From an uncultured Candidatus Peribacteria bacterium (GTDB lineage: Bacteria > Patescibacteriota > Gracilibacteria > BD1-5 > JAGOOR01): a DNA stretch of 64,000 bases. A model generated the notes under the pieces. It worked only from the letters and a program-made list of their open reading frames with translations. It made no database searches and was not told the DNA's origin. How positions within the stretch are numbered: position 1 is the stretch's first letter; every line of letters begins with the position of its first letter. The DNA is taken from positions 23,936 to 87,935 of the forward strand of contig CAZFTF010000002.1 in assembly GCA_964521495.1 (NCBI GenBank). The letters are read 5' to 3'. Made by a program: the position numbers and the translations under genes. Positions 57,570-64,000 of this stretch are shown piece after piece.

Positions 57570-58523
57570 ATGAATATCTGGAAGGACATCACCCATCACA
57601 AAAAACACCATACTTTGCACGTTTCTCGTGAGTTTTTTGATACCACAGAGGATATATTTGAATGGGTAGAACACAGAGAAAAGAAATTTCAAAAAAAACA
57701 CCATTGGTTCAAAAAAATTCGTCCGTTCTTTCATTTCATTCTCTTGACGAGCATTCTCTTCTCGGCTCTTCTATTGGTCGCAAACTGGTCTGCCTATACA
57801 GCATTTGCCCGAGCTATGCTTGCTCCAGAAAAGCTCATCGAGACGCAAAAATCTATCGAAGGTAGTCTCGAACAGACACAAGTTTTCAATGCTGCACCTT
57901 CTGATACTTCTGCACAGACCGCACGTCAGCTTCGAAAGCAAAAAATCATAAAAAGACAACTGATGCAAAAACAGATTGCCACACAAGAAATAGGTCTATC
58001 TTATTTTGATCAAGATATTTCAGACGTTTCCCTCTCTCTCGAGATTACGCCCTATGAGGATAGAATTTTGATTCCCAAGATCGGAAAAAATATCCCCTTG
58101 GTTAATGTTGAGCATCTTGATGCTTCTAATTCTGAAGAATGGCATAATATATTTATGAAAGAACTCGAGAAGGGAATCATCAAATATCCAGGATCAGCAG
58201 ATCCAGGGACAGAGGGGAATAGCTTTATATTTGGGCATAGTTCCAATTATCCGTGGGCAAAAGGGGGATACAACGATGTTTTTGCTCTTCTTAATGAGCT
58301 CAAGACTGGAGACGAAGTTATTGTCTTCTTTAAACAAAGAAAATACGTCTATGTTGTTCGAGAAAAGAGTATTGTAAAACCAGGGCATGTTTCTTCTCTC
58401 GGAGAAATCCCCAATAAGAAACAGCTCACCTTGATGACATGTTGGCCCCTTGGTACGACACTCAATCGGCTCTTGATTATCACAGAATTAAAATCCAATA
58501 CGCCTGTTGGCAAACAATCATAA
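57570..58523 (+). CDS. Sortase family transpeptidase
   Basis: N-terminal TM (ILLTSILFSALLLVANW), catalytic His region NSFIFGHSS, and the TLxTC motif QLTLMTCWPLGTTLNRLLI. Uninterrupted 317-aa ORF. Confidence 0.8.
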   Translation: MNIWKDITHHKKHHTLHVSREFFDTTEDIFEWVEHREKKFQKKHHWFKKIRPFFHFILLTSILFSALLLVANWSAYTAFARAMLAPEKLIETQKSIEGSLEQTQVFNAAPSDTSAQTARQLRKQKIIKRQLMQKQIATQEIGLSYFDQDISDVSLSLEITPYEDRILIPKIGKNIPLVNVEHLDASNSEEWHNIFMKELEKGIIKYPGSADPGTEGNSFIFGHSSNYPWAKGGYNDVFALLNELKTGDEVIVFFKQRKYVYVVREKSIVKPGHVSSLGEIPNKKQLTLMTCWPLGTTLNRLLIITELKSNTPVGKQS

Positions 58524-58533
58524 CCATATTTTT

Positions 58534-58761
58534 ATGACTGAATTTCTCTCCCTTCTCCACAATCCTATTCCCCTGTTTTTGAGCGAATTTTTCTGGGCAG
58601 ACTTCTGTTCTGTGTGCTTAGTAACAGTGCTTTTTTACCTTATTATTCATCGTCAGGCAACCGTTATGCTCGAAAAGAATATTATCTACAATAGAGGATT
58701 GTATAAATTTCGAACTGAAATATATACCGATTATGAGAAAAATTTCTTCGCCCAAGATTAG
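58534..58761 (+). CDS. Small hypothetical membrane protein (75 aa)
   Basis: ATG within track ORF 58507..58761, with one hydrophobic helix (FCSVCLVTVLFYLII). No family recognised. Confidence 0.35.
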   Translation: MTEFLSLLHNPIPLFLSEFFWADFCSVCLVTVLFYLIIHRQATVMLEKNIIYNRGLYKFRTEIYTDYEKNFFAQD

Positions 58762-58764
58762 TCG

Positions 58765-59403
58765 TTAATATACATACTTTTCCCAACGAAATTGAATCAT
58801 CTGGCTTACAGAAAAAGGAGGAATTATTTCATTATCCACGAGCAAAGTAATATATTTCTCATCTCCAGGCATTACTTCAATACCCATCAGAATATTCATT
58901 CTGAGGGCTTGTTGTAGGATTCTGAGATCATGAGAGCTACGAATCGGAGGAGTGACCATGCCATACGGATTTTTCTGAGAATCTTTTGTACCGAGAAACC
59001 TCTTATCTTTTTCACACCAGAGGGCATGTCGAAGCGAGATGCTTGCAGTGATTTGTACAGTTTTTGGTAGAGTGTAATTCTTGGCCAGGCTGTCCTCATA
59101 CCCCTGATCCCTATAGTATTCTCGCAGAAGTTCAGCGCTTGTAGCAAGAGAGATACCGCGTATATGTCCTCGGTATGATATGTTTTCTCGGGCTTTTTGG
59201 ATGGTTGCTCTGACGAGTTCAATTTCCTGTTCTGGTGAAAATTGCTGCACCCAGTCATCGTAGCCTTTCCAAGAGTTTTCAGGGGTAGTAAGTGTGATGA
59301 TCTCACCATCGAAATCCCACGTATCAACCGGAAAAGATTGCCATGCAAATCTGGCTGAATTATCGGGAATAAAGAGTATTCTATCGTCAAAAAATTGCCA
59401 CAT
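58765..59403 (-). CDS. Hypothetical protein (212 aa)
   Basis: Track ORF 58765..59490. The start is set at the internal ATG (MWQFFDDRILF) to avoid overlap with the upstream AI-2E gene. Real TAA stop. No family recognised. Confidence 0.45.
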   Translation of the reverse strand: MWQFFDDRILFIPDNSARFAWQSFPVDTWDFDGEIITLTTPENSWKGYDDWVQQFSPEQEIELVRATIQKARENISYRGHIRGISLATSAELLREYYRDQGYEDSLAKNYTLPKTVQITASISLRHALWCEKDKRFLGTKDSQKNPYGMVTPPIRSSHDLRILQQALRMNILMGIEVMPGDEKYITLLVDNEIIPPFSVSQMIQFRWEKYVY

Positions 59404-59404
59404 A

Positions 59405-60601
59405 CTACTCAGGGAGATTTTTCCTATAGTGCATCCAATCAACATAGAAGATATGGAGGATGGAAGCAAGTGGTACTGAAATAAGTACACCGATCATGCC
59501 CCCGAGTGTAGCACCGACAAGCGTCATGAGGAGGATATAGAGCGGAGAGAGATTGAGAGTACGGCTCATCACCATAGGTACCATAATATTTCCTTCTACC
59601 CACTGGAAAAATGCATACAGCCCTGAAATTGCCACGAGTGAACCAAGGCCTGATTCAGGTGCGACGAGCACCATCAAAAAAGCGGTCAACCAAGCAAAAA
59701 GCGGTCAAACATAAGGAACAAACTCCATCATACCAGCGATAAGGGCGAGAGCAAAAATATTTTCTACAGGCACTCCAAAGAGCGAGATAATCCACAAACC
59801 AATGAAGTTCAGTGAAAACATCAACCCTACAAGCTTTGTTTGTCATTTGAGCCAAGAGTGAAGGGCATTACCTATAGCGTCTTGTCGGTGTTTGAAATAC
59901 TTACCGAGGTCCCGAGGGAGTATTCGGAAAAACCATTTTAGGAGACGCTTTCTCTCGAGAAGTGTCAAAAAAGTGATGAGAAAAAAGAGAACAATAAAAA
60001 CAAGAGTCGAAGTGATACTAGAAGCAAAAGAGAGACCAATATTGGATACCTGTCAGAATCCTTTTTTTGTGAGAGATTGCAGAAGTCCCAAATTCTCTGT
60101 AATATTGGTGGTAATAAGTGATGTCTTCTCCTCGCTGAGGATCATACGAGCAATTATATTTGTATCAAACTCATTACGGATGATTTTTCCAGCATGGAGC
60201 GGGAGTGAATCAAGAAAAGGGAAGTCATTTTGTGCCTGAGTTTGTACTACTGAAATACCTCTTTCGAGAGTCTGTTTGGTATTGTTTCCGAGGTCGACAA
60301 AGATAGGCACAATAGCGAGTACAAAGAGGGAAACAAATACTCCGAGTGATCAAAAAGCTATAAGAATTGCCAGAGAGTCAGGGATTCTCCATTTTCAAAT
60401 ATGTCATCTCCCAAAAAAGCTCACAAATGGTGAGAGAAGAAGTGCTATAAAAACAGCTCCACCAAAGAGGAAGAGAATTGATTGCAGCGTGTAGAGGAGC
60501 CATACAATCAGTGCTATCCCGAGTATGATGCATACTTTGAGGATAAATTCGCGTGTTTCTGTTGAGAAAAGAGTTTCTTTCATACAGAGAGTATACTCCA
60601 A
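59405..60601 (-). CDS. AI-2E family transporter (UPF0118/PerM-like)
   Basis: Track ORFs 60404..60601 and 59405..59689 are in frame (1,197 nt in total) and joined through TGA. The C-terminal core FFQWVEGNIMVPMVMSRTLNLSPLYILLMTLVGATLGGMIGVLISVPLA is typical of the family. Confidence 0.8.
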
Positions 60602-60703
60602 AATACTCTTTTTTACAAATAAATTCTTGATTTTTTATTCTTTTTCGGGTTTGGGTGATTTTTTTGGTAGTTTATTATTGAAAAAAAACGTAAGACAGGT
60701 ACT

Positions 60704-61978
60704 ATGAATTCAGGAAGAGTAAAAAAGTTATTATTTATACCCCCTGGCATGAAGAGACAAAAGTATATACAGCGCACTAATCATACTAGGCTCTACCTCC
60801 TTCTCCTTGTGGCTTTATTAGCTGCAATCTTATCGCAGAACATTGATAGAGTATCTAATATTGACATATCATATATTTTTAGACACCACTCATATCAGAC
60901 AGTCCCATACACAGCGCCAAAGAAGAAGCAATATACTGCCGAAGAAACATACCCACCTTCCTCTGCACAATTACCAGAAAAACTTATCAGTCCTATTATC
61001 ATTTGGCCAACGACTACCAAATTAACAATACAAGAAAAGCTATTTTTGCAAGAATCAAATCCATTTTGAATTATTTTCAAGAATAATAATCTCCAAAATG
61101 ATAAAAAAAATCTCATCAATCTGATAAATGAGGTAAAAACTCTTCTTAAAAGAGATGATATTTTCTTTATAGCTGATTTAGAAATAGGCACAAATTTTAA
61201 TGGTATACTAAAAGTACGCAATGTATCAAGAGCCTACAAGTTTGGCTTGAAAACAAAACAAGATTTGGAGTGAACAAAAAAAGAGATTTATGAGAGTTGA
61301 GTAGAGCTGGGTCGTGAATTACACAAGATATGATTTAATATGGTATTGGCACCAGTTGTTGATGTACAGGAAATGTGACTCGAAACCAAAAATTTTGATA
61401 AGGAAAATTGGAACTGATTGGCTCGATGGAGGACTCTCTCTGATGATCCTCAAATTGTGACTATTTTAGCTGAAGAATTCACACGAGGAATACAAGAACA
61501 AAAAATATTTGTCACGTATAAACATTTTCCAGGGCTATGATCATCAAATGTGGATAGTCACTGAAAAATGCCAACTATACACAAAACACTTGAAGAATTA
61601 TACAAAAGAGAATTACTGCCTTATTTGGAGCTTGATAAGAAAAATGTAAATTTTGTTATGATAGGACATGCGATGTTGCCTGCATTGGATAAAAATTCTG
61701 TTTCCACATTTTCGAAAGATACTATAAACTTTTTAAAATATAAACTCTGATTTGATGGATTTGTCATATCAGATGCTCTCAATATGGGCGCCCTATCTGG
61801 CAACATGACCGAGAGGTGTGAAAAAGCATATAATGCATGAATTGATATACTACTACCATTCTTTGGGAATATTAGCAATGAAGAAAAAATGAAGTGCATT
61901 AATGCTCCTGGTTCTGAAAAAATGAGAGAATTTAATACAAAATTCATTCAGTACAAAAAAATATTTTTTACAGAATAG
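60704..61978 (+). CDS. Glycoside hydrolase family 3 (NagZ-like beta-N-acetylhexosaminidase) with N-terminal anchor
   Basis: KHFPGL[G]SSNVDSH[G]KMP, VMIGHAMLPALD, L[G]FDGFVISDALNMGAL and NA[G]IDILL match the GH3 N-terminal domain. Track ORFs 60704 and 61568 are in frame. TAG at 61976-61978. Confidence 0.8.
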
Positions 61979-62004
61979 ATAGCAAAGCCTGGAAATGTAG
62001 TGAA

Positions 62005-62970
62005 TTATCGAAAAATCTTTCGAATTTTGCTGATACACTGTAGGAAAACGAGGATAATGGGTCTCAAAACGATTATTTTTTCTGATGGAAGTATGACTTT
62101 TTTTGGAGCAAATCGCATTTTAAAAGCTGTAACTCCAGCCAGCTTATCTCATTCTTGCGAGGAAATACCGAGAAAATCGTATTCTGCGCAACCTCGACGA
62201 ATCGTTTCACGCATTGCTTCCCATTGCAGGAGATAGGTTCCATGATCACGACGTATTTCTTGGGAATCGGGACTTGCTCCATAATAATAAATTCCATGAT
62301 GGCCAGCATAGACAAATATGCCAGCAGCATGGAGTGTGTTATCTTTTGTGACGAAGAGAAGTCATCCAGCATTATTTTTTTCCAGTACTGCTACAAACTT
62401 TTGATAGTAGGAGAGACTATTGTGTGAAAAATTATCTCGTTCTGTTGTTTCTTCGAGAAGTGAGAAAAAGAGCTCTATATTCGTCTGTCCTCATTTTTTG
62501 TTGCCTGGAAGTGTATATGGGGAGATGGATTCACCTTGTGCCCAATATGTTGTCAGTCCTCGTCGCTCAGCAACACGGATATTATACCGCCCTTTTTCAT
62601 GAAAACATTGTATGAGCATATCTTCCGTCATATCAGACAGAGGGGTGACGGCGGTTGTTAGCTCTAGAAATCGTCGGAAAGGAGCCTTTTCTCACCCTCA
62701 TCCAGCTCATGTTATTGGTTCAACCTGGAGAAAAAGATCAGAAGGGGAGGATATTTTTGCACGTATATCACTGAGAATATCTGACGAGAGGAGATCCCCA
62801 TCTACCCCGAGAATATAGAGCCCCGTAAAATGCCCCCATATTTTCCTACGCTCTATCACAATAGAAACATCTCACACAGTATAGGGTATGACTTCTGCTT
62901 GTTTTGTTTGAGTGAGAATATCAGCCCAAAGAGGGGATTGCCAAAAACTCGTAAAATTATTTCTTGACAT
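62005..62970 (-). CDS. FemAB-family peptidoglycan interpeptide-bridge transferase-like protein
   Basis: Minus-strand translation in code 25 gives MSRNNFTSFWQSPLWADIL...KGRYNIRVAERRGL...LHAAGIFVYAGHHGIYYYGASPDSQEIRRDHGTYLLQWEAMRETIRRGCAEYDFLGIS. At 966 nt it is not represented in the standard ORF track because of 7-8 TGA codons. Confidence 0.75.
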
Positions 62971-62992
62971 AATATAATTTATATTGTATAGT
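62964..62992 (+). promoter_or_regulatory. Sigma70-like promoter for the STAS gene
   Basis: TTGACA (62964-62969), a 17-nt spacer, then TATAGT (62987-62992), about 30 nt upstream of the ATG at 63023. Confidence 0.45.
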
Positions 62993-63022
62993 ATGAGTGT
63001 ATTTCGTTCATAATCTTTTTTT

Positions 63023-63367
63023 ATGGCTTCCGATACGCTCCACACACCATACTCAATTCAACTCAAAAAGCAATACAGAGACACGCTACAGATTATTATC
63101 TCTGGAGAACTGGACGAAACAAATGCAGATATTGCCTTTGCAATTCTTGAATCAGAGATCGTCGAGCAGCCAGAATACAAACATATTGCGTGTGACTTTG
63201 GTCAACTCGCCTATGCAAATTCCAAAACACTTGGCTATCTCACAGATTTTATCGCTCGTACGCATCGTCTCGGCAAGACTATTTCCTTTGATCGAGTTCA
63301 CCCAAAGACACAGTATATCTTTGATATGATAGGACTTTCAAAGGTGGTGGATAAAACACTCTCATAA
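63023..63367 (+). CDS. STAS-domain protein (anti-sigma-factor antagonist-like)
   Basis: 114 aa. LQIIISGELDETNADIAF...IACDFGQLAYANSKTLGYLTDF...ISFDRVHPKTQYIFDMIGL follows the SpoIIAA/STAS layout. Confidence 0.75.
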   Translation: MASDTLHTPYSIQLKKQYRDTLQIIISGELDETNADIAFAILESEIVEQPEYKHIACDFGQLAYANSKTLGYLTDFIARTHRLGKTISFDRVHPKTQYIFDMIGLSKVVDKTLS

Positions 63368-63369
63368 AT

Positions 63370-64000
63370 ATGTCTCAACCAGTACAACCACAAGATGCCT
63401 TTGTGGCACATATCTTGCGCGATATCGCCGAGTTGCATGATGAACCGCTGGTGTCTACTTCAAGAAAAACAGCTGGAAGAGTTATTGCTCTCTCTCAGAG
63501 TGATTTGAGTGAGCTCTCTCTCGAACAATTGATGCATATTGTCAGTGTCGGAAGAAGCGGGTCTCGCAGTGCTCTTTTCGAAGATGTACGGAGACATCTT
63601 TTTGTAGAAAGGGGAGATAAAGCAACTCCAAAAACAAATCTTATCCCGACTGATATCGATGATCGTCTGATGGCGGCACTGATTATTTTGCAAAAATATC
63701 CCCAAAATATCCCAGAAATGCTCAGTGCACTCTGGGAAATTCGGAGTCTCTTGCAAAAATATATCACCGAGCATCATCTCGAAACCTCTCGATTATCCTC
63801 ATCTCACTATGATGCAGAGGTAGTCAGACTTCGAGATATTGTCCAAGAAATAGGAGAGTATGCTCTCGCTCATAGGGTGCCAAAATCAGATCCAACTATG
63901 GAGACATACCTTTTTTCTGGAGAGGAGAAAGATCTCCGCTTGTTTCTCCAGGATCCCTACACACTTTTTCTCGATGTAGGATATGATGTGCGTGATAAAC
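63370..64000 (+). CDS. Hypothetical protein, 5' part (runs off the window end)
   Basis: The ATG lies 3 nt after the STAS stop. The frame stays open to the window end (MSQPVQPQDAFVAHILRDIAELHDEP...). It is absent from the track because no stop is reached. No family recognised. Confidence 0.5.
   Translation, partial: MSQPVQPQDAFVAHILRDIAELHDEPLVSTSRKTAGRVIALSQSDLSELSLEQLMHIVSVGRSGSRSALFEDVRRHLFVERGDKATPKTNLIPTDIDDRLMAALIILQKYPQNIPEMLSALWEIRSLLQKYITEHHLETSRLSSSHYDAEVVRLRDIVQEIGEYALAHRVPKSDPTMETYLFSGEEKDLRLFLQDPYTLFLDVGYDVRDK

Noticed and set aside
833-62970. Dozens of essential genes (uvrC, nrdD, fmt, argS, ftsA, tmk, tkt, pilC, ftsK, trxB and others) look like strings of short fragments, which suggests a heavily pseudogenised genome.
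   Set aside because: All interruptions are TGA, the fragments are always in the same frame, and the TGA positions coincide with conserved glycines. This is code 25, not decay.

Overview
This 64-kb window looks like a compact, low-GC (about 35-40% by hand counts) chromosome segment from a Candidate Phyla Radiation bacterium of the Gracilibacteria/Absconditabacteria type. It has to be read with genetic code 25 (UGA = Gly). In the standard-code ORF track almost every housekeeping gene is cut at in-frame TGA codons. Those codons fall on invariant glycines: the GIY-YIG motif of UvrC, the thymidylate kinase P-loop, the FtsA GGGS motif, the Nudix box and the GreA GDLSEN motif. All stops I could place are TAA or TAG.

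Re-joined in code 25, the window holds about 60 genes:
- Core functions: eno, uvrC, nrdDG, fmt, argS, ftsA-ftsZ, tmk, nth, tal, the N-terminal half of tkt, greA, ssb, rpmG, rlmD, trxB and ftsK.
- Envelope functions: two DedA proteins, a 3D/PG-binding hydrolase, sortase, GH3 (NagZ-like), FemX-like, AI-2E and MFS transporters.
- Type IV pilus genes: pilB, pilC, two unknown single-TM genes, and a separate pilin.
- A minus-strand tRNA cluster: Met(CAU), Thr(UGU), a tRNA-Thr-derived fragment, and Tyr(GUA).

I found no rRNA, CRISPR array, transposase or integrase.

The most unusual region is 12063-28703, a 16.6-kb same-strand block with only five genes:
- A 1,759-aa protein with a TrbC/VirB2-like pilin hairpin fused to a PKD array, a C-terminal TM helix and an acidic tail carrying four PDWL-type motifs.
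- A 782-aa multi-TM PKD protein.
- A PrsW-like intramembrane protease.
- A 2,251-aa protein with NHL, Fn3, Listeria-Bacteroides repeat and SLH-like modules.
- A Cys-rich secreted protein.

Other points worth a second look:
- A GC-rich, UGA-free orphan gene (3225-3839) driven by a native-looking promoter.
- An nrdD whose glycyl-radical module is a separate ORF.
- Tandem NrdR-box-like sites upstream of nrdD.
- A 34-nt duplication of the tRNA-Thr 3' half.

Coordinates of re-joined genes were derived by frame arithmetic from the supplied ORF track. Start codons are less certain than stops.
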